Source of the DNA: Parasphingopyxis sp.
Lineage (GTDB): Bacteria > Pseudomonadota > Alphaproteobacteria > Sphingomonadales > Sphingomonadaceae
Direction: 5' to 3'
DNA: 64,000 bases
NCBI RefSeq assembly: GCF_028279465.1
Contig: NZ_JANQNS010000003.1
Coordinates: 101,386-165,385 of the forward strand
Part shown: positions 51,111 through 62,010 of the stretch, in pieces
Numbering within the stretch: the first letter of the stretch is position 1
Layout: every line of letters starts with the position of its first letter
Made by a program: the position numbers and the translations under genes
The notes under the pieces: generated by a model
What the model was told of the DNA's origin: nothing
The model's input: only the letters and a program-made list of their open reading frames with translations
Database searches by the model: none

Positions 51111-52177
51111 TAAGGCTCAACCCACTCGACATTCGCCCGGTACACCGTGATCCAGTGCGGGCTGCCGCGGCAGCTGTTCATTTCGCGGCGCTCGACGAGG
51201 CGGAACATCGCGCCGTCCCAGACGAAGCGTTCGGCGGTCCCGCAATCGCCGATCCCGCGGCCCTTGGCATAGGTGCTGAGTTCGTTCGCGTCCGCGTTCC
51301 AATAGACATTGACGAGCAGCGGAATCTCCCGGTTCTCGCCCCAAGAGAAGGCCCGGTCGAACTGCGCTGGCGTCACCGCGCCGTCCGCGTCGCGGACATA
51401 GGCGACATCGCTGAAGTTATAAGCGCCCCGGCTGCAGGAAATCAGGATCAGATCGCGCGCGTCTGAGAGAACCATCGCCTCGTTGCGGCGTAGTTCCTCG
51501 TCGAACCCGTCGCATTCGCGCGCCTCGTGCAGCCGCATCGCCTGATCGGCGGGCAGGGCCATGGCGGTGTCGCCGGATCGGTCGGCGATGGGCATGGCGC
51601 GGATGGTGGTAACGGACGGCGGCTCGGGGACCAACGATGCGGGCTGGTCGCCGACGGCCGCCGACGCGGTCACCGTCCCGGCGCGTTGCTGGCGGTCTTC
51701 GATGAAGAGTATCGCCGCATAGGACCCGTCAAGCGATATGCTTTCGATCATCCCGCCATCGGGATCGCGCAGCTCGGCCTCGCCGCCCCGCGCCATGAGC
51801 CCGGCCAGACGCTGCGCACTCGCCGGATCGAAATGATAGAGTTCGTCGCCCTCGTTGCGTGTCGCCGTGCCCGCAAATTCGCCGTCCACGAGGAGCGTCA
51901 TCGTCGACGGCGCCTCGTCCTCGAAGGCGCGAATGCCGATACGGTGATAGCCGTCCGCGCCGCCCGCCCGGCGGACGGTAATCGAATAGCCATTGCCGAT
52001 TTCCCAGTCTTCGGTCGGCAGCGAGATCGCTTCGCAGGCCCAACCATTGTCGCAGCCCACGGCCCAGTCGCCGAACAAGCGGACGGTGCCGGGTTCGGGC
52101 GTCAGCGGTAGGGGGTGTGCATGGGCGGGGCTTTGCGCGGCGGCGGCGAGCGCGAGGAGCGTTTGGATCATGCGCAA
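51110..52177 (-). CDS. DUF1176 domain-containing secreted protein
   Basis: Signal peptide; FGDWAVGCDNGWACEA cysteine pattern. Confidence 0.5.
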   Translation of the reverse strand: MRMIQTLLALAAAAQSPAHAHPLPLTPEPGTVRLFGDWAVGCDNGWACEAISLPTEDWEIGNGYSITVRRAGGADGYHRIGIRAFEDEAPSTMTLLVDGEFAGTATRNEGDELYHFDPASAQRLAGLMARGGEAELRDPDGGMIESISLDGSYAAILFIEDRQQRAGTVTASAAVGDQPASLVPEPPSVTTIRAMPIADRSGDTAMALPADQAMRLHEARECDGFDEELRRNEAMVLSDARDLILISCSRGAYNFSDVAYVRDADGAVTPAQFDRAFSWGENREIPLLVNVYWNADANELSTYAKGRGIGDCGTAERFVWDGAMFRLVERREMNSCRGSPHWITVYRANVEWVEP

Positions 52178-52239
52178 AACTCTAGCCGATCCTGCGCCTG
52201 CGCGGTAGTGACCGGCGTCACATAGAAGGAAGGATAATC

Positions 52240-53109
52240 ATGCAGGCAGTCGGTGTTATCGGGGCGGGGCAGATGGGTGCGGGGATCGCGCAGGTTTCGG
52301 CGCAGGCCGGCTATCGCGTCTATCTGTCGGATGTCAGCCTCGAGGTCGCGGAGAAGGCGCGCGATGGGATCGCCCGGCAGCTCGGCAGGCTGGTCGAGAA
52401 GGAGAAGCTCGAAGCCCAGGCGCGCGACGTGGCGCTCGAGCGGATCGAGCCGGTCGGCGAGTTCGCGCCGATGGCGAATGCAGGCCTGATCATCGAGGCG
52501 GCGACTGAACGCGAGGATATCAAGCGGAAAATCTTCGAAGAAGTCGGCAAGATATTGGGGCATGACGCAATCCTCGCTTCCAACACCTCGTCGATTTCGA
52601 TCACCCGCCTCGCTCAGGCGTCCACCGATGCCGAACGCTTTATTGGCGTGCATTTCTTCAACCCCGTCCCGCTGATGGGGCTGATCGAAGTGATCCGCGG
52701 GCTAGCGACATCGGACAAGACGGTCGAGCGGGTCGAGCACTATGCAACCGCGCTCGGCAAGCGCACAGTCCATGCCAACGATGCGCCGGGCTTTATCGTC
52801 AACCGCGTGTTGCTGCCGATGCTCAACGAAGCCTGTTTCGCGTTGGGCGAGAGTGTGGCTGGGATCGAAGATATCGATGCGGCCTGCCAGCTCGGCCTCA
52901 ACCATCCGATGGGGCCGCTGACGCTTGCAGACTTTATCGGCCTCGATACCTGCCTGCACATCACCAATGTGCTCTATGCGGGGACCGGCGATCCCAAATT
53001 CCGGGCCGCACCGCTGCTCGTCAAATATGTCGAAGCCGGCTGGCTTGGGCGGAAGACGGGTAAGGGCTTTTACGATTATTCGGGCGATACGCCGCAGCCG
53101 ACGCGGTGA
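52240..53109 (+). CDS. hbd: 3-hydroxybutyryl-CoA dehydrogenase
   Basis: NAD-binding GVIGAGQMG; 3HCDH family. Confidence 0.88.
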   Translation: MQAVGVIGAGQMGAGIAQVSAQAGYRVYLSDVSLEVAEKARDGIARQLGRLVEKEKLEAQARDVALERIEPVGEFAPMANAGLIIEAATEREDIKRKIFEEVGKILGHDAILASNTSSISITRLAQASTDAERFIGVHFFNPVPLMGLIEVIRGLATSDKTVERVEHYATALGKRTVHANDAPGFIVNRVLLPMLNEACFALGESVAGIEDIDAACQLGLNHPMGPLTLADFIGLDTCLHITNVLYAGTGDPKFRAAPLLVKYVEAGWLGRKTGKGFYDYSGDTPQPTR

Positions 53110-53699
53110 GCGAAACGCCAAGAGATACATACGATCTGGAAACGCTGGCTTTCTATGAGAAAGAGGCTCCCGTTTATGCGGCGAGCGGCGACCAGGGCGC
53201 GAGCCGGCACCTGCCAGACTTTCTCGCCGCCCTGTCACCGGGCGCGCACATTCTCGAGCTGGGCTGTGGCGGCGGGCGCGATTCCGCGGCGATGATTGCA
53301 GCCGGGTTCGATGTCGAGGCGACTGACGGTTGTGTGGCGCTTGCCGCCAAGGCCGAAGCGCGGATCGGACGGCCGGTGCGCGTCATGCGCTTCGCGGAAC
53401 TCGATGTGATCGAGGGCTATGACGGCGTGTTCGCCAATGCCTGCCTGCTGCATGTGCCGCGTGCGGGCCTCGCCGATATCCTCGGCCGCATCCATCGCGC
53501 GCTGCGCCGGGGCGGGGTGTTCGTCGCGAGTTACAAGGGCGGCGGCGAGGAGGGGCGCGACCGGTTCGGCCGCTATTTTAACTTCCCGCATGCCGACTGG
53601 CTCGAAGGCACTACCGCACGGCTGCCGAATGGGCCGATCTCGCCATCGCCAGCGGACCGGGCGGGGGTTATGACGGGATCGAACGCGAATGGCATGTAG
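53106..53699 (+). CDS. class I SAM-dependent methyltransferase
   Basis: ILELGCGGGRD SAM-binding motif. Confidence 0.75.
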   Translation: MSETPRDTYDLETLAFYEKEAPVYAASGDQGASRHLPDFLAALSPGAHILELGCGGGRDSAAMIAAGFDVEATDGCVALAAKAEARIGRPVRVMRFAELDVIEGYDGVFANACLLHVPRAGLADILGRIHRALRRGGVFVASYKGGGEEGRDRFGRYFNFPHADWLEGTTARLPNGPISPSPADRAGVMTGSNANGM

Positions 53700-53724
53700 T
53701 GACAGCGATAAAGGGGAAATGAGC

Positions 53725-54879
53725 ATGGAAACCGGCCCGATCCGCTATTTCACGATCGATATTCCGCAAGCCGAACTGGACGATCTCAAGGACCGCCTCG
53801 CCTGCACGCGCTTTCCCGAGAAAGAAACGGTCGAGGATTGGGACCAAGGCATCCCGCTCGCCTATGTCGAGGAACTCGTCGGCTATTGGCGGGACAGTTA
53901 TGACTGGCGGCGCTGCGAGGCGGCGCTCAACGCCTATCCCAACCATCTGGTCGAGATCGATGGCGTCGATATCCATTTCCTGCATATCCGCTCGCCTGAA
54001 GCCGATGCCCGCCCGCTGATCCTCACCCATGGCTGGCCGGGATCGGTGGTCGAGTTTCTCGATTGCATCGGACCGCTCACCGATCCCGTGGCCCATGGCG
54101 GCAAGACTGAAGACGCGTTTCACCTCGTGATCCCCTCGTTGCCCGGTTACGGCTTTTCCGGCAAACCGGCCGAGACCGGCTGGTCAGTCGAGAAGGTCGC
54201 CGAGAGCTGGCACTCGCTGATGACGGCTGTCGGCTATGATGCCTGGTACGCCCAGGGCGGCGACTGGGGCGCGATGGTGACATCGGCGATCGGCGCGCAA
54301 AATAAGGGTGGCTGTAAGGGCATCCACGTCAACATGGTCGTCGCCGCCCCGCCAAAAGAGGTAATGCAAAGCCCGACCGAAGAAGAGCAGGCGGCAATGG
54401 CGCGCCTCGCGCTCTACCGCGCAAAGGGGGCGGGCTATTCGAAACAGCAAAGCACCAAGCCGCAGACGCTTGGCTATGCGTTGGCCGATTCCCCGGCGGG
54501 CCAGATGGCGTGGATCGTCGAAAAATTCCACGACTGGTCGGATTGCGACGATGGCGATGGCGCGCATCCGGAAAATGTCTTCTCGCGCGACCGGCTGCTC
54601 GACAATGTCATGCTCTACTGGCTGAACAATGCCGGCGCCTCTTCGGGCCGGCTCTATTGGCACAGTTTCGGCAGTCCCAATCTCGATCCCGTAGAGATAC
54701 CGATGGGCGCGAGCCTGTTCCCGCACGAGATCATGCGCGCCTCGCGCCGCTGGGCGGAGACGCGGTTTAAAAATATCGTCTATTTCAACAGCGTCGAGCG
54801 CGGCGGCCATTTCGCCGCGATGGAACGGCCGGACCTGTTCGTCGCCGAATTGCGGGCGGCGTTCAGCGAAATGCAATAG
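53725..54879 (+). CDS. epoxide hydrolase (microsomal EH-like, N-terminal EHN domain)
   Basis: HGWPGS oxyanion motif; EHN N-terminal domain. Confidence 0.8.
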   Translation: METGPIRYFTIDIPQAELDDLKDRLACTRFPEKETVEDWDQGIPLAYVEELVGYWRDSYDWRRCEAALNAYPNHLVEIDGVDIHFLHIRSPEADARPLILTHGWPGSVVEFLDCIGPLTDPVAHGGKTEDAFHLVIPSLPGYGFSGKPAETGWSVEKVAESWHSLMTAVGYDAWYAQGGDWGAMVTSAIGAQNKGGCKGIHVNMVVAAPPKEVMQSPTEEEQAAMARLALYRAKGAGYSKQQSTKPQTLGYALADSPAGQMAWIVEKFHDWSDCDDGDGAHPENVFSRDRLLDNVMLYWLNNAGASSGRLYWHSFGSPNLDPVEIPMGASLFPHEIMRASRRWAETRFKNIVYFNSVERGGHFAAMERPDLFVAELRAAFSEMQ

Positions 54880-54900
54880 GGCTGCGCTAAAGGCGGGATC

Positions 54901-55497
54901 ATGAGCGAACCGCGCCCCGCCCCTGAACATCCGCTTGGCGATGTGCTGGACGAGGCTTTGGCATCGAGCAATGGTGATACGATCCGGTTGCGCGATCTGC
55001 TCGATGAATTCGGCACGCGCAGCTTCGGTCCGGTGCTCATAGTTCTTGCGCTCGTCATTATTTCGCCGATCGGTTCGATTCCCGGCCTGCCAGCGGTGCT
55101 TGGCGCGGCGATTGTGCTGATGGCGGTGCAGATCGTTATCGGCCGCGATCATCCCTGGCTGCCGAAACGGCTGCTCGATACGGGCTTCGATCGGGCCAAG
55201 GCCGCCCGCTTTCGCGAAAAGGCGCGCGGCGTGCTCGACAGGATCGACCGGCAGATCGGCCCGCGCCTCGAATGGGCGGCGGGACGGATCGGCATGATCG
55301 GCGCGGCGGGCTGCCTCGTCTTTCTCGCGGCGACGATGATCCCGCTCGAGCTGATCCCTTTTGCCGTCGCGCTGCCGGGCGCGACGGTCCTGCTGTTCGG
55401 TGTCGGCCTCACCGCGCGCGATGGGTTGGTCATGCTGATCGCCTTTGCGCTCACCTTTTCGAGTATCGCGCTGGCCATCTATCTCTGGCCTTTCTGA
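54901..55497 (+). CDS. exoD: exopolysaccharide biosynthesis protein ExoD family
   Basis: ExoD-like membrane protein; 198 aa. Confidence 0.7.
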   Translation: MSEPRPAPEHPLGDVLDEALASSNGDTIRLRDLLDEFGTRSFGPVLIVLALVIISPIGSIPGLPAVLGAAIVLMAVQIVIGRDHPWLPKRLLDTGFDRAKAARFREKARGVLDRIDRQIGPRLEWAAGRIGMIGAAGCLVFLAATMIPLELIPFAVALPGATVLLFGVGLTARDGLVMLIAFALTFSSIALAIYLWPF

Positions 55498-55535
55498 TTG
55501 CGCAAAGGCCGGTTCGGCCTTTAGAGGTGCGATCC

Positions 55536-56441
55536 ATGACCGAAGATCATGCCCCCGATCCGGCGCAACTCGCCAAAGCGGAGACCCTCGTCGAGGCGCT
55601 GCCCTATATGCAGCGCTTTGCCGGCGCGACCTTCGTCGTCAAATATGGCGGCCATGCGATGGGCGATGCCAAGGCCGCGCGCGAATTCGCGATGGATATC
55701 GTGCTTTTGAAGGCGGTCGGTATCAATCCGATCGTCGTCCATGGCGGCGGGCCGCAGATCGGCGCAATGCTCGAAAAGCTCGGCGTGGAGAGCGAATTCG
55801 TCGAAGGGCTGCGCGTCACCGATGCGGAAACCGCGAACATCGCCGAGATGGTTCTGTCCGGCGCGATCAACAAGGAGCTGGTGAGCTGGATCGATCAGGC
55901 CGGCGGCCGGGCGATCGGCATATCGGGCAAGGATGGCGGTTTCGTCCGCGCCGAAAAGGTGACGCGCACGGTGCGCGATCCCGAAAGCCTGATCGAAAAG
56001 GCCGTCGATCTCGGCTTTGTCGGCGAGCCGGCGGTGATCGACCGCACGGTGATCGATACGATTTCGGATGCCAGGATGATTCCGGTCATCGCCCCGGTCG
56101 GCGTCGATGCGGACGGTCAGACCTACAATATCAATGCCGATACGATGGCGGGCGCGGTGGCGAGCGCGATGAACGCGGCGCGCCTGTTCCTGCTGACCGA
56201 TGTGCCCGGCGTGCTCGACAAAGAGGGCGCGTTGCTCACCGATCTGTCGCCCGACATGATCGGCCAATTGCAGGCGGACGGCACGGTATCGGGCGGCATG
56301 ATCCCCAAGCTCGAAACCTGTGTGAAGGCGGTCGAGGGCGGGGTGGATGCGGCCGTCATCCTCGACGGGCGCGTGCCGCACGCGATGCTGCTCGAAATCT
56401 TCACCCGGCGTGGCGCGGGCACGATGGTACGGGCGATTTAG
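55536..56441 (+). CDS. argB: acetylglutamate kinase
   Basis: AAK family motifs (VVKYGG, HGGGPQI). Confidence 0.92.
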   Translation: MTEDHAPDPAQLAKAETLVEALPYMQRFAGATFVVKYGGHAMGDAKAAREFAMDIVLLKAVGINPIVVHGGGPQIGAMLEKLGVESEFVEGLRVTDAETANIAEMVLSGAINKELVSWIDQAGGRAIGISGKDGGFVRAEKVTRTVRDPESLIEKAVDLGFVGEPAVIDRTVIDTISDARMIPVIAPVGVDADGQTYNINADTMAGAVASAMNAARLFLLTDVPGVLDKEGALLTDLSPDMIGQLQADGTVSGGMIPKLETCVKAVEGGVDAAVILDGRVPHAMLLEIFTRRGAGTMVRAI

Positions 56442-56469
56442 GACTCTCCAGTAAATGATTTGCGCATGT

Positions 56470-56590
56470 TCCCCTACCCTTGATGGGGAGGGGCTAGGGG
56501 TGGGGTGATGTCGCCGCTAACGAAATCGCTAGCTGATGGATCACCCCCACCCAAACCCTCCCCCATCAAAGGGGGAGGGCTCTTTGGCAA
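56470..56590. repeat. G-rich imperfect palindromic extragenic element
   Basis: About 40-nt arms (CCCTACCCTTGATGGGGAGGGGCTAGGGGTGGGGTGAT / ATCACCCCCACCCAAACCCTCCCCCATCAAAGGGGGAGGG) around a 30-nt loop. Confidence 0.6.
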
Positions 56591-56693
56591 TCACTGTCCT
56601 GTTCCGGGAGTCGACAAACACCGAAAGGCAGGTGTGTTGAATCGGTAAGGCACAATCGCTATCTGGCCCAAGGGTTCGTAAGGGAAAACTCGA

Positions 56694-56999
56694 ATGTCTA
56701 ATTTTGCTCACGCATTACTGAGTATCGCCGGTTTTGCGGTTTGGGCGCTGATGATTGTGATTTTCGTCCAGATCATTTTGAGCTGGTTGATTCTGTTTAA
56801 CGTGATCAACACCCACAATGGCTTCATTAGTCAATTATTCGAGTTTCTTGATCGCATCACCGAGCCTTTCTATCGCCCCATAAGAAGGTTCTTGCCCGAT
56901 TTCGGCGGCATAGATTTTTCGCCCCTTATCGTACTCCTGTTGCTGAACTTGCTGCTAAGCCTGATAGGTGATCTGCAATATCAGGCGCTTTTGGCGTAA
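56694..56999 (+). CDS. yggT: YggT family membrane protein
   Basis: 101 aa; 2 TM; YGGT pattern. Confidence 0.7.
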   Translation: MSNFAHALLSIAGFAVWALMIVIFVQIILSWLILFNVINTHNGFISQLFEFLDRITEPFYRPIRRFLPDFGGIDFSPLIVLLLLNLLLSLIGDLQYQALLA

Positions 57000-57021
57000 A
57001 ACCGCGCAAACGGGGGCGCAC

Positions 57022-57912
57022 ATGACGGCTGAGATTATCGACGGCAAGGCTTTCGCCGCGAAACTGCGCGAACGTGTTGCCACCCATGTGCCGGATTTTG
57101 TCGCAGCGGTGGGACGTAAGCCGGGCCTTGCGGTCGTGCTGGTCGGCGAGGATCCGGCAAGCCAGGTCTATGTCGGCTCCAAGGGCAAGGCGACGGTTGC
57201 GGCGGGCATGGAGAGTTTCGAGCATCGCCTGCCAGATACGACGTCCGAGGACGACCTGATCGCGCTCGTCGAAAAACTGAACGCGGACGATGCCGTGGAC
57301 GGGATTCTCGTGCAGTTACCGCTTCCCGATCATGTCGACGACAAGGCCGTAATCGCGGCCATCGATCCGGCCAAGGATGTCGATGGGTTCCATGTCGTCA
57401 ATGCCGGGCGGCTGGCGGTCGGCGAGGATGCGCTGGTTCCCTGCACGCCCTTGGGCTGTCTGATGCTCTTGAAGGACAAGCTTGGCGATCTTTCGGGGCT
57501 CGATGCGATAGTGGTGGGTCGCTCCAACATCGTCGGCAAGCCGATGGCGCAGCTGCTGCTTCGCGAAAACTGCACAGTGACGCTCGCGCACAGCCGGACG
57601 CGCGATCTGCCCGACGTCGTGCGCCGCGCCGATATCGTGGTCGCGGCGGTCGGCCGGGCCGAGATGGTGAAGGGCGACTGGCTGAAGCCAGGCGCCGTGG
57701 TCATCGATGTCGGCATCAACCGGCTGCCGCCCGCTGAAGAGGGCAAGAAGGGCAAGCTCGTTGGCGATGTCGCCTTTGCCGAGGCCGATCATGTGAAGGC
57801 GATCACGCCGGTGCCGGGCGGCGTCGGGCCGATGACGATCGCGGTACTGCTGCGCAACACGCTAGTCGCGGCCCGCGCCCGGGCCGGGCTCGATCCGGTG
57901 GCGGGTCTGTGA
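57022..57912 (+). CDS. folD: bifunctional methylenetetrahydrofolate dehydrogenase/cyclohydrolase
   Basis: Conserved FolD sequence. Confidence 0.92.
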   Translation: MTAEIIDGKAFAAKLRERVATHVPDFVAAVGRKPGLAVVLVGEDPASQVYVGSKGKATVAAGMESFEHRLPDTTSEDDLIALVEKLNADDAVDGILVQLPLPDHVDDKAVIAAIDPAKDVDGFHVVNAGRLAVGEDALVPCTPLGCLMLLKDKLGDLSGLDAIVVGRSNIVGKPMAQLLLRENCTVTLAHSRTRDLPDVVRRADIVVAAVGRAEMVKGDWLKPGAVVIDVGINRLPPAEEGKKGKLVGDVAFAEADHVKAITPVPGGVGPMTIAVLLRNTLVAARARAGLDPVAGL

Positions 57913-58550
57913 CCGAACTGTTCATCTCGGCGCTGATCACCTTTTTCGTGGTGATCGACCCGCCGGGCTGTGCGCCGATCTTCGCAAGCCTGACGACCGG
58001 CGCGACGCCGAAGCAGCGGCGCGGCATGGCCTATCGCGCGATTCTCATCGCGACACTGATCCTGGTTTTCTTTGCGTTGCTCGGCGAGCAGCTTTTGAGC
58101 GCGCTCGGCATCACGCTCGATGCGTTCCGGATCGCGGGCGGGATCATGCTGTTCCTCATCGCGCTCGAAATGGTGTTCGAGAAACGCACCCAGCGCCGCG
58201 AGGACCGCGCGCAGAAGATTATCGACACACCGGAGATCGAGGATGTCTCGGCCTTTCCGATGGCGATCCCGATGATCGCCGGGCCGGGTACGATCGCGGC
58301 GGTGATGCTGCTCCAGGCGCACAGCACGGGCATTGAGGAAACGCTGGTCGTGCTTGGCGCACTGGCCACGATATTGCTGATGACTCTGCTCGCGCTGCTC
58401 GCGGCGGGCCCGATGATGCGGCTCTTGGGTCAGCGGACCGAAGCGGTGATTACGCGGCTGCTCGGCGTGATCCTTGGAGCGCTCGCCGCGCAATTCATCA
58501 TCACCGGCACGATCGGCGCGTTCGGGATCAGCGTACCCGCCACATCCTGA
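57909..58550 (+). CDS. MarC family (UPF0056) membrane protein
   Basis: GTG start overlaps folD stop; multi-TM MarC pattern. Confidence 0.75.
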   Translation: MTELFISALITFFVVIDPPGCAPIFASLTTGATPKQRRGMAYRAILIATLILVFFALLGEQLLSALGITLDAFRIAGGIMLFLIALEMVFEKRTQRREDRAQKIIDTPEIEDVSAFPMAIPMIAGPGTIAAVMLLQAHSTGIEETLVVLGALATILLMTLLALLAAGPMMRLLGQRTEAVITRLLGVILGALAAQFIITGTIGAFGISVPATS

Positions 58551-60312
58551 ACGGCGAATCCTCCGGCAATTCGATTCGTTCGAGCCAATCGGGCGGCGTA
58601 TCTGCCATCAGCTGCGCATACATGCTCTCCGGATCGTCCGAACCGTAAAGCTTCTGGCCCGAAATACCCGGGCAGAGCAGGACATAATCGACATCATAGC
58701 GCGCGACCGTTTCGGCCATCCGCTCCGCATCCTCGCGAAAGGCGTGGAAGATATCGAGCATCGCCGGGCCGTTGCGATGATAGGGGCCCGCGATCGCGTC
58801 ATGGTGCGTCATCACGATCAGGCGCGGGCCGAGATCGACGGGCGCGAGCACCGTGCCGCGCGGCAAGTCTCCGATCGGCGCGTGCGCGGCTGCAGATGGA
58901 CAATCTTGCCCGTCCACGCCGTTCGCGACGACGGCGAGATCGTCTTCCGTCTCGGCGGCCTCGAGGACCATCGCGGAAGGCACGACGATCCATAGCCCGG
59001 TCATTACGGCGACGGCCGCCAGCGATCCGCCGACGCGCAGGAGCATGATCCCGGAGCGCCGCCAGCGTGGCAGCAGATGCCAGCCGATGACCGCCGCACC
59101 GGGCACGGCGAGAAGCTGCGCCGCCGGCGCGACGCGGACCTGCCAGAAGAGCAGCAGGATCGCGATACCCATGATGCCGGTCAGCGCGAGCAGCGGGAAA
59201 AGCCGTTCGGCCGCGCCGCGCGCTTGCCATGCAGCCACCACATAGCCGGCAAGGCCGGACAACGGCAGCGCCACGATGATCAGCGCGCGGCCGAGCGACT
59301 GCTGATAGAGCGGCCGGGCTTCGCGGACATTGTCGAGCCAGATCGCTTGCAGCTCCGCGCTCACGCCTTCGGGCCGGCTCAGGCAGTCGGGCCAGATCAG
59401 CGCGAACGCGATGGCGAGCACGCCGCCGGCCACTGCGCCGGCCCCGAGCCGGGCGCGCCAGTCAGGAAGCGGCAGAACGGCGAGCAGCACGAGCAGCGCG
59501 CCCGCGCCCGCCACCGCCGACAACCAGACCGGGGAGAGCGCATCGCAGACGGGCAGGCGGTTGGCGTTCGAGGCGAAGAGCGCGAAGCCGAGTGCCGCGC
59601 CGCCGCCCAGCGATGCGCCATAGGCCGCAATGCGCGCGCTCTCGGCCCGGTCGCGCACCCAGTAGAGCGCGGTCGCGGCCCCGATCAATGCGAGGAAGAC
59701 CAGCATCTCGAGCCCGATGGTCAGCGAGACGGCGGTTGCGATGCCGCTGGTCACGCCGCCGCGCGCGCGTTTCGGATCGACGAGCCCGGCCAGCGCCACG
59801 GCGAGCATCGCGAGCTGCCAGCCATGATGATCGATCCGGAGTGGCATCCACATCGGTACGAGCACGCCCGCGCAGAGCGCCGCCAGCAGCGCCAGCGGCC
59901 AGGCGACCGGATCGATGATCCGCCGCGCAACCGCCGCCAGCGCGAAAAGCCCGATGGCGAAGGGCAAGAGCGGCGCCAGCGCGACGGCCCAGCGCTCGGC
60001 CCAAGCGCTGCCCAGCATCGGTTCGAGCAGCAGGAACAGTGCCGCGATCGGCAGGTCGGGCAGATGCGACCAGTGGATGTTCGCACCGTCGGGCGGGGCG
60101 AGGCGATATTGGGTGAGATCGTACCAGGCCTGCCCGCCGAGCAGCGCGCGGACCTGGGCCAGCCGCAAATTATCGTCGGTATCGCCGAGCGCGAGCGCGG
60201 CAATGTCGGGCAGTTTCGCGAAAATCATCAATATGGCGACGGCAAGCCATACGGCCAACACGCCGGCTTTCCAGCGTTTCGCCAGCCAGCCATCTTCTGA
60301 AAATTCGGTCAT
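58528..60312 (-). CDS. large polytopic membrane protein, putative GT-C fold glycosyltransferase (ArnT/PMT-like)
   Basis: About 12 TM helices plus a C-terminal periplasmic domain; aspartate-rich first loop; family assignment tentative. Confidence 0.4.
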   Translation of the reverse strand: MTEFSEDGWLAKRWKAGVLAVWLAVAILMIFAKLPDIAALALGDTDDNLRLAQVRALLGGQAWYDLTQYRLAPPDGANIHWSHLPDLPIAALFLLLEPMLGSAWAERWAVALAPLLPFAIGLFALAAVARRIIDPVAWPLALLAALCAGVLVPMWMPLRIDHHGWQLAMLAVALAGLVDPKRARGGVTSGIATAVSLTIGLEMLVFLALIGAATALYWVRDRAESARIAAYGASLGGGAALGFALFASNANRLPVCDALSPVWLSAVAGAGALLVLLAVLPLPDWRARLGAGAVAGGVLAIAFALIWPDCLSRPEGVSAELQAIWLDNVREARPLYQQSLGRALIIVALPLSGLAGYVVAAWQARGAAERLFPLLALTGIMGIAILLLFWQVRVAPAAQLLAVPGAAVIGWHLLPRWRRSGIMLLRVGGSLAAVAVMTGLWIVVPSAMVLEAAETEDDLAVVANGVDGQDCPSAAAHAPIGDLPRGTVLAPVDLGPRLIVMTHHDAIAGPYHRNGPAMLDIFHAFREDAERMAETVARYDVDYVLLCPGISGQKLYGSDDPESMYAQLMADTPPDWLERIELPEDSPFRMWRVR

Positions 60313-60482
60313 TCGCCCCTCGATATTGGTCAGTCCGTTAGTCCTGAGCCTGTCGAAGGACGTCTATCGGCGGAGAAGCGCCCTTCGACAAGCTCAGGAC
60401 TAACGGCTTCTCGGGAAAGCACAGTTCTTCGTGGCTGATGAGGTCATAGTGAAGAAAGGTTAACCATCTTGTCTTAAGGCGC

Positions 60483-60902
60483 ATGGTCATGATGTCGAAC
60501 GGCATGATGTTTTCCAGCGACCTCGGCCGCCAGATCGTCCGCTATGCGATCAGCGGCGGCGGGCTCACGCTCTTCTATTCGGGCGTCTATTGGGTGGCCG
60601 CCGTGCCGATGGGCATCGATCCGTTGATCGCGAACACGGCCGCCTTTCTGGCAACCGTCGTCATCGGCTTTTTCGTCCATTCGCGCTGGAGCTTTGCCGG
60701 CCATGGGCGGCGCGACCGGCCGGTGCGCGCGTCGATCCTCTTTCTGCTCGTCAATCTGGCGGGCTTCGCGCTCAACAGTTTCTGGGTATGGCTGATCGCC
60801 ATACACTGGGCGCTGTCGCCCTCGCTGCCACTGATCCCGATCATCTTAGTGACGCCCTGGGTCAGCTTCTACCTCAACCGGCGCTGGACGTTCGGTAACT
60901 AG
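60483..60902 (+). CDS. GtrA family protein
   Basis: 139 aa; 4 TM; GtrA-like C-terminus (RWTFGN). Confidence 0.7.
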   Translation: MVMMSNGMMFSSDLGRQIVRYAISGGGLTLFYSGVYWVAAVPMGIDPLIANTAAFLATVVIGFFVHSRWSFAGHGRRDRPVRASILFLLVNLAGFALNSFWVWLIAIHWALSPSLPLIPIILVTPWVSFYLNRRWTFGN

Positions 60903-61951
60903 CCGATTTCCGGTTGGGCGACCGGCGTAACGCGTGCGCGCTTGGCTGCGGGCTTGTCCAGCGCATCGGCGATCCGGCCCGCGACCTTCCAGAAGATCAC
61001 GACCGCGATCGCCGAGACGATGCCGTCCGATCCGTAATGCCAGCCGAGATAGACCGAGCCGACCCAGATAAGCACGGCATAGGCGGCCATCACATAGCCG
61101 AAGATACGGTTGATCCGATAGGCGCCGAGCGCGAAGAGCACGGCCAGCGCATTATGGACAGACGGCATCGCCGAGATACCGCCGCCGATCACCAGCCCCT
61201 CCGCATTGCGGGCGCTGAGCAGCACGTCCATGCTGTGCAGTGCGGTGAGGTTGCCGCCGCCCGCGCCGAGCATTTCGTCATGCGCGCGGATGATCGCCAT
61301 CAGATCGGCATAGCTTTCATGTGGCCCGACCAGTGGATTGTAAAAACACGGACCCGCCGAGGGCAGCAGGAAGGCAAGGAATGTGCCGAGCCCGATCCAG
61401 ACGAAGACATAGGTCAGCAGATATTGGGTGCGCAGGCGATAGCTGTTCGGTCCAAGAAAGGCGCAGGCGATCACGCCGATCGACATCGGCACGAACCAGG
61501 CATGGTAGGAGAGGTCGATTAACCAGGTAGCGGTGGGCGATCCGAACCAGTTGTGGAACAGCACCCAACCATCCTGTCCGAAAAACAGCCAGCGATCGGC
61601 CTCAGCCAGCCAGGGGTCGTGGGCGAAGGGCTGGGTCGCGAGGATTTTCTGTTTGAAGGCGTTGAACGCCGATATCAGCAGCGCGAACAGTAGCGGCGGC
61701 CAGAAAAGCACGACAACACGCTCGCCGTGCAGGCGCTTGGCAAGGCCTTCGCGGAGCACTGTAAACGCCGAACGCGTCACGCCGTTCCGGGGCCGGCCTT
61801 CCCACAAGATGATCGGGAAGACCGGGCACACTATGAACAGCCAGAGTGCCGTGGCGCCGAACAGATAGACGCTGAACAGCTGCAGCTGTTCGCGCGGATC
61901 GACGAGGCCGCTGCCGAGTACTGCGAGAAAATTGGCGGCCGTGATGCCCAT
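60899..61951 (-). CDS. PAP2 superfamily (PAP2_3/Aur1-like) membrane protein, paralog A
   Basis: SAMPSVH and WHYGSD motifs; upstream part of the ORF-track ORF is Arg-rich frame noise; start set at MGITAANF. Confidence 0.55.
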   Translation of the reverse strand: MGITAANFLAVLGSGLVDPREQLQLFSVYLFGATALWLFIVCPVFPIILWEGRPRNGVTRSAFTVLREGLAKRLHGERVVVLFWPPLLFALLISAFNAFKQKILATQPFAHDPWLAEADRWLFFGQDGWVLFHNWFGSPTATWLIDLSYHAWFVPMSIGVIACAFLGPNSYRLRTQYLLTYVFVWIGLGTFLAFLLPSAGPCFYNPLVGPHESYADLMAIIRAHDEMLGAGGGNLTALHSMDVLLSARNAEGLVIGGGISAMPSVHNALAVLFALGAYRINRIFGYVMAAYAVLIWVGSVYLGWHYGSDGIVSAIAVVIFWKVAGRIADALDKPAAKRARVTPVAQPEIG

Positions 61952-62010
61952 CGCCCATGCGGCGACACGACTTTCTCTGCCGAAAATGGGAAAAGCGCTA
62001 AGCAAGGGCC

